Shown here in pieces: positions 1 to 10,312 of a stretch of 64,000 bases of DNA (the first letter of the stretch is position 1; the number at the start of each line of letters is the position of its first letter). The notes under the pieces are model-generated. The model saw only the letters and a program-made list of their open reading frames with translations, was not told where the DNA came from and ran no database searches. Made by a program: the position numbers and the translations under genes. The DNA lies in NCBI GenBank assembly GCA_041649475.1, contig JBAZNA010000001.1:392612-456611 (forward strand), written 5' to 3'. Source of the stretch: Patescibacteria group bacterium (GTDB lineage: Bacteria > Patescibacteriota > Patescibacteriia > Magasanikbacterales > GWA2-37-8).

Positions 1-2
1 TT

Positions 3-650
3 ATGGATTGCGGCGGACACAGCAAAAATATAGTGAGCGAGGACTCAAGGATTTTTTATCAGTGCTGGTTGAGGTATAATGGAGATTACGAGGTGACGCC
101 TTTGTATATTCCGGTTTCCTTGGATACGGTGCGTGACAACAATTGGCTGATGTCGCTAAAAAATTTATATTACCAGCAAAGACGCTGGGCTTGGGGGGCC
201 GAACATATTTCCTACTTGCTTTGGCAATATAGGACAAATAAAAATATCAGCTGGTGGAAGAAGGCCACGGTTTTATTTCATGAATGGGAAGGCAAGTGGA
301 GCTGGGCGGTGGTGGCCATTTTAATTACTTTAATCGGCAGATTGCCCTTGTGGGTGGCCGGTAACGAAGTCAGGCAAAGCGCGCTCTTTTTCAACGCTCC
401 GAACATTTTGGAAATTTTGATGACCTTGGCCATGTTGGGTTTATTTGTATCGGCGATATTAAGCATGTTAATTCTGCCGCGCCGGCCGGGCACTCATCCG
501 CGCTATCATTATTTGTTCATGCTTTTACAGTGGCTGCTCTTGCCGGTTTCCCTGATTCTTTTTTCAGCCATTCCCTGCATTGACGCGGTTACGCATTTAA
601 TGTTCGGCAAATATCTGGGTTTTAACGTTTCAGTCAAAAAAAGAATGTAA
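3..650 (+). CDS. C-terminal fragment of a processive family-2 glycosyltransferase (cellulose/chitin-synthase-like); the 5' end lies outside the window
   Basis: The ORF runs off the window start. It carries the QxxRW motif (YQQRRWAWG) followed by several predicted TM helices, typical of the C-terminal half of processive GT2 synthases. Confidence 0.5.
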   Translation: MDCGGHSKNIVSEDSRIFYQCWLRYNGDYEVTPLYIPVSLDTVRDNNWLMSLKNLYYQQRRWAWGAEHISYLLWQYRTNKNISWWKKATVLFHEWEGKWSWAVVAILITLIGRLPLWVAGNEVRQSALFFNAPNILEILMTLAMLGLFVSAILSMLILPRRPGTHPRYHYLFMLLQWLLLPVSLILFSAIPCIDAVTHLMFGKYLGFNVSVKKRM

Positions 651-739
651 CTAGAAATATAAACGCCTGCGGCTAGAAATTTCTGCAGGTTTCGCAAAAA
701 AGAAAATGCATTTTCTTTTTTGACTCAACCTTTGAAATT

Positions 740-2113
740 ATGAAAAAAATTGTAGTAGGGCTAGTTATAATAATACTCGCGCTTGGCGCCGCCACAGCCG
801 GTCTTTATTTTTGGTATAAATCCGGCGGTTTGGAAAAAACAATCATTAGAACCATGAGTGAACACGTCACTTCCAATAAATCGGAGGTGAATCTGATTCA
901 GGAAATTTTGGGTTATAACAATCCGCGCACTTATTTGCTGTTGTTTTTAAATAACACCGAACTGCGGCCCGGAGGCGGTTTTATCGGCGCTTACGCGGTG
1001 GTGCGAGTTGACAAAGGCATTCCGCAAATTTTAAAAGTTGAGGGCACGGAAATTTTAGATAATTACGCTCCCCAGGATAAATTGCCAATTCCGCCCGCCC
1101 CTTTGGCAAAATATTTATACATTAAGAAATGGGGGTTTAGAGACAGTAATTGGTCGCCGGATTTTGCCGAGTCATCTTTGAACTCCATGAATTTGTTTAA
1201 AATAGAAAATGGAACCGCCGCGGATTCCATTGATTCCGTGATTGGCTTTACCCCGACCGTTCTGGAAAACATTTTAAAAATCAGCGGGCCGATTACGGTT
1301 GACGGCGAAGAGTTTACACCGGAAAATTTTACCCAAAAATTGGAATATGAAGTTGAATATGGATACGCGCAAAAGGGTTTGGAATTTAATGATAGAAAAC
1401 AAATTTTAGCCAATTTGTCCCGTGTATTGTTGCAAAGATTGCGCACTGACGTGGTTCTGCACTGGGCTGATTATCTGAATTTGGCACAGCAAATGCTTAC
1501 CCAAAAGCAGATTGTGGCTTACTCGTCTTATCCGGAGGCCGAAAATGTTTTGCTCGCTAAAGATTGGGCCGGAGAAATCAAACAGGTGCCATCCGATTAT
1601 TTGATGTGGGTGGATGCCAATTTGGCCGCGCTTAAAACAGACAAAGCGATGGAGCGGACCTTGAGTTATTTGATAGCGCCATCACCGTCTTCCACGGACA
1701 AATTTATCGGCACCGTGAAAATGACCTACACCAACACCGGCCATTTTGATAAGTTTACGACCCGCTACCGCACTTACGCGCGCGTCTATTTGCCTCTGGG
1801 CAGTAAATTCATTTCCGTAGAGGGCAGTATGAGAAATGACCGCACCACCGATGTTGGGACAGTTGATCAGGGCATGGAAAACGGCAAGCAGTGGTTTGGT
1901 ACTTTCATAGCCATAGAACCGGGCCAGACCAAAGATTTGACTTGGCAGTTTGAGCTGGCGCCGAAGATTGTTTCACAAATCAATGCCAACACCTATCAGT
2001 TATTTGTGCAAAAGCAGATCGGCACCTTGGGACATAAATTGACTCTGCACCTGAATTTTGGTAAAACTGTATTTACCAAGGAGTCCGATTTAATCGTAGA
2101 TAGAGAATTCTAG
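740..2113 (+). CDS. Membrane-anchored hypothetical protein (DUF4012-like)
   Basis: A single N-terminal TM helix (VVGLVIIILALGAATAGLYFW) then a large soluble domain. The gene sits between GT2 and mreB, a context I recall for DUF4012 proteins, but this is from memory only. Confidence 0.4.
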   Translation: MKKIVVGLVIIILALGAATAGLYFWYKSGGLEKTIIRTMSEHVTSNKSEVNLIQEILGYNNPRTYLLLFLNNTELRPGGGFIGAYAVVRVDKGIPQILKVEGTEILDNYAPQDKLPIPPAPLAKYLYIKKWGFRDSNWSPDFAESSLNSMNLFKIENGTAADSIDSVIGFTPTVLENILKISGPITVDGEEFTPENFTQKLEYEVEYGYAQKGLEFNDRKQILANLSRVLLQRLRTDVVLHWADYLNLAQQMLTQKQIVAYSSYPEAENVLLAKDWAGEIKQVPSDYLMWVDANLAALKTDKAMERTLSYLIAPSPSSTDKFIGTVKMTYTNTGHFDKFTTRYRTYARVYLPLGSKFISVEGSMRNDRTTDVGTVDQGMENGKQWFGTFIAIEPGQTKDLTWQFELAPKIVSQINANTYQLFVQKQIGTLGHKLTLHLNFGKTVFTKESDLIVDREF

Positions 2114-2115
2114 TT

Positions 2116-3123
2116 ATGTTTATTAAAAAGTTAGGCATAGATTTAGGCACAACCAATGTTTTGGTTTATGTGCCAAAAAAGGGGATTGTGATAAACGAGC
2201 CCAGTGTTGTGGCTATCTCCAAAGCTGATGGAAAAATTTTGGCTGTCGGACTTGAGGCCAAAGATATGATCGGTCGTGCTCCGGATTCCATTCTGGCGGA
2301 GCGGCCTCTTAAAGACGGAGTGATTGCCAATTATCACACCACCGAAGCCATGCTCCGATATTTTATAAACAAGGCCTTGGGCGGAGTGCACTTGTTCCGA
2401 CCGGAGGTTATGGTGGCGGTGCCGGCCGGCATTACCTCTACTGAAAAACGCGCGGTAATTGACGCTACTATCGCGGCCGGCGCGCGCGCCGCTTATATTA
2501 TAAAAGAGCCGGTGGTGGCGGCCATTGGCGCCGACATACCAATTGGCGCGGCTTCGGGCCATATGATTATTGATGTTGGCGGCGGCACGTCCGAGATTGC
2601 CGTGATTTCTTTAGGCGGGATTGTTTCCTGGGGTTCGGCCCGTATTGGCGGCAGTAAGTTTGATATGGCTATTATTGAATATATACGCCACAAATATAAT
2701 CTGGCCATTGGCGAACGCACTGCCGAAGAAATTAAAATAAACATCGGTTCGGCCATGTTTATGGATAAGCCCCTCACTATGGATGTCAAAGGACGCGATA
2801 TGATTACCGGCTTGCCGAAAATTTTACAAGTTACTTCTGACGACACCACCGAGGCCTTAAAGCATGATTTGGAAAATTTAATAGATGCCATTAAAGAGGT
2901 TCTGCACAAGACCCCGCCCGAGCTGTCGGCGGACGTGATTGATAAAGGCATAATTTTAGCGGGCGGTTCGGCGCAACTGCGCAATCTTGATGAACTGGTG
3001 GCGCAATCAACCGGCGTGCCTACTTATGTGGCCGAAGAGCCGCTGTTGTGCGTGGCCAAAGGCACGGGTATTGCTTTGGATAATTTAGAAAGTTATAAAC
3101 GCAGTATTTTGGCGACGAAATAG
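2116..3123 (+). CDS. mreB: Rod-shape determining actin homolog MreB
   Basis: N-terminus GIDLGTTNVLVYV, phosphate-binding loops, DVGGGTSEIAVISLGGIV and a 335-aa length fit the MreB/Mbl family. Confidence 0.9.
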   Translation: MFIKKLGIDLGTTNVLVYVPKKGIVINEPSVVAISKADGKILAVGLEAKDMIGRAPDSILAERPLKDGVIANYHTTEAMLRYFINKALGGVHLFRPEVMVAVPAGITSTEKRAVIDATIAAGARAAYIIKEPVVAAIGADIPIGAASGHMIIDVGGGTSEIAVISLGGIVSWGSARIGGSKFDMAIIEYIRHKYNLAIGERTAEEIKINIGSAMFMDKPLTMDVKGRDMITGLPKILQVTSDDTTEALKHDLENLIDAIKEVLHKTPPELSADVIDKGIILAGGSAQLRNLDELVAQSTGVPTYVAEEPLLCVAKGTGIALDNLESYKRSILATK

Positions 3124-3124
3124 T

Positions 3125-4210
3125 ATGATCATTGGTATAGAAGCCGCGCATGCCAACAAACCGCAGAGAACCGGAGTGGAAAATTATTGCTGGCATGTGA
3201 TACAAGAACTTAAAAAACAAATACCCTCAACGGCGAGGGTGGTTTTGTATTCCAACACGCCTTTGCAAGGTGAGTTGGGTGTTTTGCCGCCGAACTGGGA
3301 GGCAAAAATTTTACGCTGGCCGCTAGAAAAACTTTGGAGTCAAATTCGGCTGTCTTGGGAGTTGTGGCGCAACCCGCCGGATGTTTTTTTTGCGCCCGGG
3401 CAATTGATTCCCTGGGTTTGTCCGGCGAAAATTGTGGCTACAATCCATGATAGCGCTTTTTTGGCGTTTCCTTCGGCCTATAATTTTTTAGGTAGAATTT
3501 ATTTAAAATGGATGAACCGTTTGATTGTTAAAAAAGCGGTGGTAATTTTGACGCCGTCGCAGTTTAGTAAAAACGAGTTAAAAAAATATTATAAAATTAA
3601 TGAAGAAAAAATAAAGGTGACGCCTCTGGGCTATGACAGTAATGTTTTTAAATCTTTGGGAATACCCAGAGAGCCGATGATAATGTCGCTGGGGCGTCTG
3701 GAAGAGAAAAAAAATACAATTGGCATTGTCAAAAGTTTTAATATTTTAAAAAAAACCCATCCGGATTTGAAATTAATACTGGTCGGCGCGCCCCGGGTCG
3801 GCTATGAAAAAATAAAACAGGAAATAGAGGCGTCGCCTTATAAATCAGATATAATTTTACCCGGTTGGATTAATGAACAGGAAATAGTCGGATTATTAAA
3901 CAAGGCCTCCGTGTTTTTGATTCCTTCTTTGTATGAAGGGTTCGGTCTGCCGGTTTTGGAAGCCATGGCCTGCGGTGCGCCGGTGGTGGCTTCAGCCGGA
4001 AATTCTTTGGCCGAAGTTGGGGGAGGCGCGGTTTTATATGCTGATCCGCAAAACATCAATGAAATTGCCGGGGCTGTGGATAAATTATTGGCAGATCATA
4101 ACTTGCGCGAAGAAAAAATAAAGGCCGGATTAGAAAGAGTTAAAAATTTTTCCTGGGAGAAAACCGGCGCCAACACCTGGGAAACCATCAGTAAAATTGT
4201 AAACGTCTGA
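3125..4210 (+). CDS. Glycosyltransferase family 1 (GT4-type)
   Basis: C-terminal EGFGLPVLEAMACGAPVVAS motif (the E-x7-E region of GT-B GT4 enzymes); 361 aa. Confidence 0.8.
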   Translation: MIIGIEAAHANKPQRTGVENYCWHVIQELKKQIPSTARVVLYSNTPLQGELGVLPPNWEAKILRWPLEKLWSQIRLSWELWRNPPDVFFAPGQLIPWVCPAKIVATIHDSAFLAFPSAYNFLGRIYLKWMNRLIVKKAVVILTPSQFSKNELKKYYKINEEKIKVTPLGYDSNVFKSLGIPREPMIMSLGRLEEKKNTIGIVKSFNILKKTHPDLKLILVGAPRVGYEKIKQEIEASPYKSDIILPGWINEQEIVGLLNKASVFLIPSLYEGFGLPVLEAMACGAPVVASAGNSLAEVGGGAVLYADPQNINEIAGAVDKLLADHNLREEKIKAGLERVKNFSWEKTGANTWETISKIVNV

Positions 4211-4213
4211 AAT

Positions 4214-5131
4214 ATGATTATCGGCCACAAAAAAATCCTGGATTATTTTGACAACGCGCTGGCCAACAAAAATTTGGCCCAGTCATATTGTTTTGTCGGC
4301 TATGACGAGGTCGGCAAAAGAACCGTGGCCAGAAATATTTGCGCGAAACTGTTAAGAGTGGATGAAGCAAAATTGGATTTATATCCGGATTTTTATTACG
4401 TCGCCCGCGAGGAAGACGAGAAAACCGGCAAACTGAAAAAAGACATATCCATCGCGCAGGCGCGCCAGATAAAAGACCGGGTGGGGCGCAAATCATGGCT
4501 AGGAGAGTATCAATCTGTTATAATAGATGAGGCCGAACTGCTTAATGAAGAATCCGGCAGCGCACTCTTAAAGATTTTGGAGGAAACAAAAGGACAGTGC
4601 GTGTTTTTTCTGCTGACAACCGACGACAACGCGCTCCTGCCAACCATCCGCTCCCGTTGTCAGATGTTTTATTTCCCTTTAATAGAAAAAGGAGAAATAG
4701 AAGCCGGTTTGAAGGAAATGGGTTTTGAACAAACCGCAGCCAGGGATTCGGCCAATTTGTCATGGGGCCGGCCGGGGAAAGCCATAAATTTGGCCCAAGA
4801 CGCGGTTCTGCGCAAAAGTTACGGCCAGGAAATTGAGCGGTGGAATACAATCATGAGCGTACCTTTTTATAAAAGGATGTCGGCGGTAAGCGATTTGTTC
4901 GGCGATAAAACCGACACCATCAGAAGCCGCGACAAGGTGCTCTCGGCCTTGGAAATTTGGATTATCCTCTGGCGAGAGGTGATGCTAAAAAATCTTTTTT
5001 TGCCGAATAATAATTTATCCGCCAAAGATGCCGCCCGCCTGATTGACGAATTTAAAAAAGCGCGGGTGCTGTTAAATCAAAATATAAATCCAAAATTAAT
5101 TATTGAACAAATTTTGTTAACATTTAGTTAA
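4214..5131 (+). CDS. holB: DNA polymerase III delta-prime subunit (clamp-loader AAA+)
   Basis: N-terminus HKKILDYFDNALANKNLAQSYCFVGYDEVGKRTVA is a degenerate Walker A as in HolB; a SRC-like motif TIRSRCQMF is present; 305 aa. Confidence 0.75.
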   Translation: MIIGHKKILDYFDNALANKNLAQSYCFVGYDEVGKRTVARNICAKLLRVDEAKLDLYPDFYYVAREEDEKTGKLKKDISIAQARQIKDRVGRKSWLGEYQSVIIDEAELLNEESGSALLKILEETKGQCVFFLLTTDDNALLPTIRSRCQMFYFPLIEKGEIEAGLKEMGFEQTAARDSANLSWGRPGKAINLAQDAVLRKSYGQEIERWNTIMSVPFYKRMSAVSDLFGDKTDTIRSRDKVLSALEIWIILWREVMLKNLFLPNNNLSAKDAARLIDEFKKARVLLNQNINPKLIIEQILLTFS

Positions 5132-5146
5132 AAATAAGTTAAAGAT

Positions 5147-6232
5147 ATGTCCAAAAATATATACATCCTATTGGTTCTAGCCGGTTCGTTGCTTTTGCTG
5201 GGCGCCAGCTGTATCCAAATAAACGGCAGCACGACCGGAGGCGGAGCCATGGGAATTTTCAGATCGGAAGACGGCGGAACGACGTGGGTGCAAAAGGCGG
5301 CTTTGCCGACCGCTAAGGGTGTACAAAGTATCGGCGGCGCCAAGGTCTATAGAATTTTTACGGATCCGAGCGACGCGAACGCTCTTTATATGGGCACCCG
5401 TGGCCAGGGTTTGTTTTACAGTTATGATAACGGCGATACCTGGACCGCGGTCTCCGCTATGGCCGGCAAATATATCTATGCTTTGGCCGTGGATCCGCGC
5501 GACAAGTGCACGATTTTTGTGAGTGATGGACCACATGTTTATAAAACCAATGATTGTTTGCGTACTTGGAGTTTGGCTTTTACCGAAGAGCGTCCGGATC
5601 AGCGGTTTACTTCTTTGATTGTTGATTATCAAAATTCCAGTATTGTTTATGGCGCAGAAATCGGCGGCGACATCCTGCGCAGTAAAGACGGCGGCTCAAG
5701 CTGGAGAATAGCCAAAAGATTTAATTTTGAAATTCGTTCTTTGGTTTTGGATCGGTTTACCGGCGGTCGTCTTTACGCGGCCGCGCTTACCAACGGTCTT
5801 TATAAGTCGGACGATGGCGGAGATAACTGGACGGACTTAAGCTCCGGGTTTAGCAGTTTTAGCGAAAGTAAAAATTTTTACAGAATGTATCCAAATCCCG
5901 CGCAAAAGGACAGTTTGTTTTGGGTTTCAAAGTATGGCATCCTGCGTTCTGATGACGCCGGCAAAACCTGGACTGATTTGAAACTGCTGACAGCGCCGGG
6001 CAGTGTGAATATTTACAGTTTGGCCGTAAATCCGAAGAATCAGTTGGAAATTTATTATACCGGCACGATTTTGAGCGACAGCAATGCCAATGTGCGATCC
6101 ACTCTGTATAAAACAACCGACGGCGGTAAAAATTGGGTGACTAAAAATTTGCCGACCAATACGATTCCGGTTGATATGTTGATTCAGCCGGCCAATGGCA
6201 AAATGCTCTTTGTCGGGTTTACTACTCCTTAA
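5147..6232 (+). CDS. BNR/Asp-box repeat beta-propeller protein (Ycf48/sialidase-like), probable lipoprotein
   Basis: Six S-x-D-x-G-x-T-W Asp-box repeats (SEDGGTTW, YDNGDTW, SKDGGSSW, SDDGGDNW, SDDAGKTW, TTDGGKNW). The N-terminal signal ends LLGASC, a possible lipobox. Confidence 0.7.
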   Translation: MSKNIYILLVLAGSLLLLGASCIQINGSTTGGGAMGIFRSEDGGTTWVQKAALPTAKGVQSIGGAKVYRIFTDPSDANALYMGTRGQGLFYSYDNGDTWTAVSAMAGKYIYALAVDPRDKCTIFVSDGPHVYKTNDCLRTWSLAFTEERPDQRFTSLIVDYQNSSIVYGAEIGGDILRSKDGGSSWRIAKRFNFEIRSLVLDRFTGGRLYAAALTNGLYKSDDGGDNWTDLSSGFSSFSESKNFYRMYPNPAQKDSLFWVSKYGILRSDDAGKTWTDLKLLTAPGSVNIYSLAVNPKNQLEIYYTGTILSDSNANVRSTLYKTTDGGKNWVTKNLPTNTIPVDMLIQPANGKMLFVGFTTP

Positions 6233-6242
6233 TCTAAAACTT

Positions 6243-6791
6243 ATGCAAATAAATGATTTTAAAGGGGACTTTGAGAAGGCGGTTGAATTTCTGAAAAATG
6301 ATATTTCCGGTCTGCGCACCGGCCGGGCGTCTTCGGCGATTGTTGAAGACGTCATGGTTGAGGCCTATGGCACCAAACAGACGCTCAAATCCGTGGCGTC
6401 CATAAACATTCCCGATTCCAAAACCGTAAACATTGACCCTTGGGACAAGGCGCTTTTGGCGGCAGTGGAAAAAGGCATCCGCGATTCCGGGCTGGGGTTA
6501 AATCCGGTCAATACCGGCAGTCAAATCAGGTTATTTTTACCGGAACTGACCACTGAACGCCGGCAGGAACTTATAAAAGTTTTACACCAAAAATTAGAAG
6601 CCGCCCGCATTTCCATACGTAAAAACAGGGAAGACGTGAAAGAAATGATTAAGGCCGCCGAAGACGGCGGTGAAATCGGCGAGGATGAAAAGTACCGCCT
6701 GCAGGAAGAGTTGGAAAAAATGGTGGGAGAATATAATGAAAAAGTTAAAGAAATTGGAGAAAAGAAAGAAGCGGAAATAAATGCGATATAA
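6243..6791 (+). CDS. frr: Ribosome recycling factor
   Basis: Full-length similarity to RRF (AVEFLKNDISGLRTGRASSAIVEDVMVEAYG...). I chose the in-frame ATG at 6243 (MQINDF) over the listed 6195 start, which would overlap the upstream gene. Confidence 0.9.
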   Translation: MQINDFKGDFEKAVEFLKNDISGLRTGRASSAIVEDVMVEAYGTKQTLKSVASINIPDSKTVNIDPWDKALLAAVEKGIRDSGLGLNPVNTGSQIRLFLPELTTERRQELIKVLHQKLEAARISIRKNREDVKEMIKAAEDGGEIGEDEKYRLQEELEKMVGEYNEKVKEIGEKKEAEINAI

Positions 6792-6806
6792 AGCGAAAAC
6801 CGAACA

Positions 6807-6836
6807 AACCCTCTTGACCAAAGAGGGTCTTAAATT
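6807..6836 (+). terminator. Rho-independent terminator-like hairpin after frr
   Basis: CCCTCTT-gacca-AAGAGGG stem-loop followed by a T/A-rich tract; a TATAAT-like -10 box for glyQS follows immediately. Confidence 0.4.
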
Positions 6837-6870
6837 TATAATGTATATACCTTCATAAAATATACCTACT

Positions 6871-8244
6871 ATGCCAAAAGACATGGAAAAAATTGTATCT
6901 CTAGCCAAGAGACGAGGTTTCGTGTTCCCGGGAAGCGAGATTTACGGCGGTTTGGCCAATAGCTGGGATTATGGCCCGGTTGGACACTTGCTAAAGCAAA
7001 ACATCAAAAAGGCCTGGTGGAAGTTTTTTGTACAGGAAAGAGAGGATATGGTGCCGCTTGACTCGGCCATTATTATGAACCCAAAGGCCTGGGAGGCCTC
7101 GGGTCATTTGCAGAATTTCAGCGATGAATTGGTGGAATGCAAAAAATGCCACCATCGTTTTAGGGCTGACCATTTGTTGGAGACAATTAGCGCCAAACCG
7201 GGTTATGATAAAGAAAAAATAAAAACCATATCAGAAGTGAAATGCCCTGATTGCGGGGGATCGCTCACTACTCCAAAAAGTTTTAATTTAATGTTTAAAA
7301 CATTTTTAGGCACCACCGAAGATAATTCTACCGTGGCCTATTTGCGTCCGGAAACCGCCGGCGGTATGTTTGTTAATTTTAAAAACATTCAATCAGTTAC
7401 CCGCCGCCGCTTGCCGTTTGGCATCGCCCAAATCGGCAAATGTTTCAGAAATGAAATCACTCCGGGCAATTTCATTTTTCGCACCCGCGAATTTGAAATC
7501 GGAGAATTTGAATATTTTATTAATCCCAAGGACTGGAAAAAAATATTTGAAATGTGGCTCAAAGAAATTGAACGCTGGTGGAAAGATGTGATGCAAATTA
7601 ATATGAAAAATTTGGTCTGGCATGAGATTCCGGACGGCGAAAGAGCCCATTACAGCAAACGCACGGTTGATATTGAATACAAATATCCGTTTGGCGTCAA
7701 AGAACTTCATGGCATTGCCTATCGCACTGATTTTGACTTATCCAGACATGAAGCTGTCAGCGGTCAGGATTTGCACTATACGGATCCGGAAACCAATGAA
7801 AGATTTTTACCCCATGTTATTGAGCCGACTTTTGGAATTGATCGGATGATGTTGGTTTGTTTGCTGGAAGCATACAATGAAGAAGAGGCCCCCACAGCCG
7901 AAAAAGGCGAGACAGAAAATCGCGTGGTCATGAAATTTCCCAAACATTTAGCGCCAATTCAGGTGGCAATTTTACCTCTTTCCAAAAAAGAAGAATTGTC
8001 AAAAATTGCCAAGCCCCTGGCTGACCAGCTGCGCAAGGATTTTATGATTGAATATGACGAGACCCAAAGTATTGGCAAGCGCTACCGCCGCCAGGACGAG
8101 ATCGGCACGCCTTATTGTGTCACTGTTGATTTTGAGTCCCTGGAAGACAAAAAAGTAACGGTGCGGGATCGCGACAGTATGAAGCAGGAAAGAATTAAGA
8201 TTGCCGAACTTAAAGATTATCTGGCGGAAAAATTCAAGGAATAA
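6871..8244 (+). CDS. glyQS: Glycyl-tRNA synthetase (dimeric class II, GlyQS-type)
   Basis: N-terminus IVSLAKRRGFVFPGSEIYGGLANSWDYGPVG and class II motifs; 457 aa. Confidence 0.9.
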   Translation: MPKDMEKIVSLAKRRGFVFPGSEIYGGLANSWDYGPVGHLLKQNIKKAWWKFFVQEREDMVPLDSAIIMNPKAWEASGHLQNFSDELVECKKCHHRFRADHLLETISAKPGYDKEKIKTISEVKCPDCGGSLTTPKSFNLMFKTFLGTTEDNSTVAYLRPETAGGMFVNFKNIQSVTRRRLPFGIAQIGKCFRNEITPGNFIFRTREFEIGEFEYFINPKDWKKIFEMWLKEIERWWKDVMQINMKNLVWHEIPDGERAHYSKRTVDIEYKYPFGVKELHGIAYRTDFDLSRHEAVSGQDLHYTDPETNERFLPHVIEPTFGIDRMMLVCLLEAYNEEEAPTAEKGETENRVVMKFPKHLAPIQVAILPLSKKEELSKIAKPLADQLRKDFMIEYDETQSIGKRYRRQDEIGTPYCVTVDFESLEDKKVTVRDRDSMKQERIKIAELKDYLAEKFKE

Positions 8245-8246
8245 TT

Positions 8247-9557
8247 ATGCACAAATTGTCAAAATTAAAAAATGGCATGAGCGTGATTACCATGCCTCTT
8301 GCCGGCACCAAAGCCGTCACGGTTTTGGCCATGTTTCCGGTTGGCTCCAGATATGAAGACAAAAAATTATCCGGCGCTTCGCATTTTGTGGAGCACATGA
8401 TGTTTAAAGGCACAACCAAACGGCCGGATTATCTGGAAATTTCCCGCGAGCTGGACGCGGCCGGAGCGGAATTTAACGCCTTCACCTATAAAGATTACAC
8501 CGGTTATTATATAAAAATTTCCAGCGCCAAATTGGACCTGGCCTTTGACCTTTTGGATGATATGGTATATCACTCGGTTTTTTCAGCCGAAGAAATTGAA
8601 AAAGAAAAGGGCGTGATTGTTGAAGAAATCAGAATGTATGAAGACAATCCGACTATGGCCGTTGATTTGCTGTTTGACAGGGTTATGTTTGGCAATCATC
8701 CATTGGGACGAGATATTGCCGGCACAGCTCAAAGCGTTCGCGCACTATCTAGAGCCGATTTATGGAATTATTATAAAAAACATTACGTACCCAAGAACAT
8801 GATTTTGGCGGTTGCCGGAAATTTTCAGCCGGCCGCGCTTAAAAAATATTTAAAATGTTTCGCCGATGAAAAAGCAACCGGCAGCAATGCTTTGGAATTT
8901 AAAAAATTTGCCTGGCCGGGCGCGGGCGGTACTGGCAGCGCCGGCGCTAAAATTCCATTGGCAAATAAAATTGAGCTTTCACAGAGAAAAGTAGATCAGG
9001 CGCACGTGATCTTAGGATTTCCCGGTTTAAAATATACTCATCCGGATCGTTATGCCGAGGCCGTGCTCTTAACTATTTTGGGCGGCGGCATGAGTTCAAG
9101 GTTATTTGTGGAGGTGCGCGAGAAGCGGGGGTTGGCCTACATGGTGCGCGCCGGTTCGGCATCATTTAAAGATGTGGGCGCGGTAGCGGTTCAGGCCGGT
9201 TTGGATCCGTCACGACTGCACGATGCCTTAAAGGTTATCAAATCAGAAATAATCAAAATTCAAAAGGACTTGGTTTCCGCCAAAGAACTCGCCGATGCCA
9301 AGACAAATATCGCCGGCAAACTTGATTTGGCTATGGAGGACTCAAGCGCCCAGAGCCAGTGGTTCGCGCGCCAGTTTTTGTTCGGCGACAAGATGGAAAC
9401 TTATGAAGAATTTATTAAGAATGTCAAAAAAGTAACAGCCGGCGAGGTGCGCCGCGTGGCTCAAAAAATTCTGGATTTAAAACAGATGAAAATGGCCATT
9501 GTCGGACCGGACGACAAAGCCAAAATCACTAAATTATTTGCCTATGTCTGTGAGTAA
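8247..9557 (+). CDS. Peptidase M16 family (pitrilysin/insulinase-like zinc protease)
   Basis: Inverted zinc-binding motif HxxEH (HFVEHMMFKGT) near the N-terminus; 436 aa. Confidence 0.8.
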   Translation: MHKLSKLKNGMSVITMPLAGTKAVTVLAMFPVGSRYEDKKLSGASHFVEHMMFKGTTKRPDYLEISRELDAAGAEFNAFTYKDYTGYYIKISSAKLDLAFDLLDDMVYHSVFSAEEIEKEKGVIVEEIRMYEDNPTMAVDLLFDRVMFGNHPLGRDIAGTAQSVRALSRADLWNYYKKHYVPKNMILAVAGNFQPAALKKYLKCFADEKATGSNALEFKKFAWPGAGGTGSAGAKIPLANKIELSQRKVDQAHVILGFPGLKYTHPDRYAEAVLLTILGGGMSSRLFVEVREKRGLAYMVRAGSASFKDVGAVAVQAGLDPSRLHDALKVIKSEIIKIQKDLVSAKELADAKTNIAGKLDLAMEDSSAQSQWFARQFLFGDKMETYEEFIKNVKKVTAGEVRRVAQKILDLKQMKMAIVGPDDKAKITKLFAYVCE

Positions 9558-10299
9558 ACCCGTATATTTATTTGCCAATTGGAAAATGTATTTGGATTTT
9601 GACGAGAGCAATATTTTGGCCAACGCCCTGGCCAATGAATCAAAAAATTTTCCTAAAAATGTAAAGATGGCGATTTTCCCAAGCGCCCTGGCTTTGTATC
9701 CGGTCGGGCAGGTGCTCGCAGATGTTGGTATCGGGCTCGGCGCGCAAAACACCTACTGGGTTGATAAGGGCGGTTACACCGGTGAAATTTCAGCACAGAT
9801 GTATAAAGACGCGGGTTGCTCTTATGCGCTCGCCGGACATTCGGAAAGAAGACATCAGTTTCATGAATCAAACCATGAGACCCGAGAAAAACTGGAAGCG
9901 ATTTTAGCGGCCGGTATGACAGCGGTGTTATGCGTTGGGGAAACCGCGGCTGAAAGAGAGAAAGGCCAAACCGATGAAGCGGTTGAGGTGCAACTTCGGG
10001 CGGCTTTTGATAACTTAACCTGGCCGGAGGGCAAAAATTTGTTTATTGCCTATGAGCCGGTCTGGGCAATAGGCACGGGCAAAAATTGTGACGCGAAAGA
10101 AGCGCAAAGAATGCACGCGCTGATTAAAAAATTAGTTTCCGGATTGGTTACGGGCGTTAATCCGATAATTTTATACGGCGGCAGTGTGCGGCCGGAAAAT
10201 GTCGACGAGTATTTGGGCCAGCCGGATATTGCCGGCGTCCTGGTCGGCGGCGCCTCCGCCAAACTTGACAGCTGGCTGGGGATTGTCAACAAAGTTTAA
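9544..10299 (+). CDS. tpiA: Triosephosphate isomerase
   Basis: Motifs FANWKMY, AYEPVWAIGTGK and YGGSVRPENV. I preferred the ATG at 9544 (MSVSKPVYLFANWK) to the upstream 9499 start; it overlaps the M16 gene by 14 nt. Confidence 0.9.
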   Translation: MSVSKPVYLFANWKMYLDFDESNILANALANESKNFPKNVKMAIFPSALALYPVGQVLADVGIGLGAQNTYWVDKGGYTGEISAQMYKDAGCSYALAGHSERRHQFHESNHETREKLEAILAAGMTAVLCVGETAAEREKGQTDEAVEVQLRAAFDNLTWPEGKNLFIAYEPVWAIGTGKNCDAKEAQRMHALIKKLVSGLVTGVNPIILYGGSVRPENVDEYLGQPDIAGVLVGGASAKLDSWLGIVNKV

Positions 10300-10312
10300 A
10301 CACGCGAAGTAT

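Noticed and set aside
10184-10312. Listed N-terminal extension of the TPR ORF (start at 10184)
   Set aside because: It would overlap the tpiA 3' end in another frame. The Met at 10313 immediately precedes the TM helix and follows the tpiA stop, so the shorter start was adopted.
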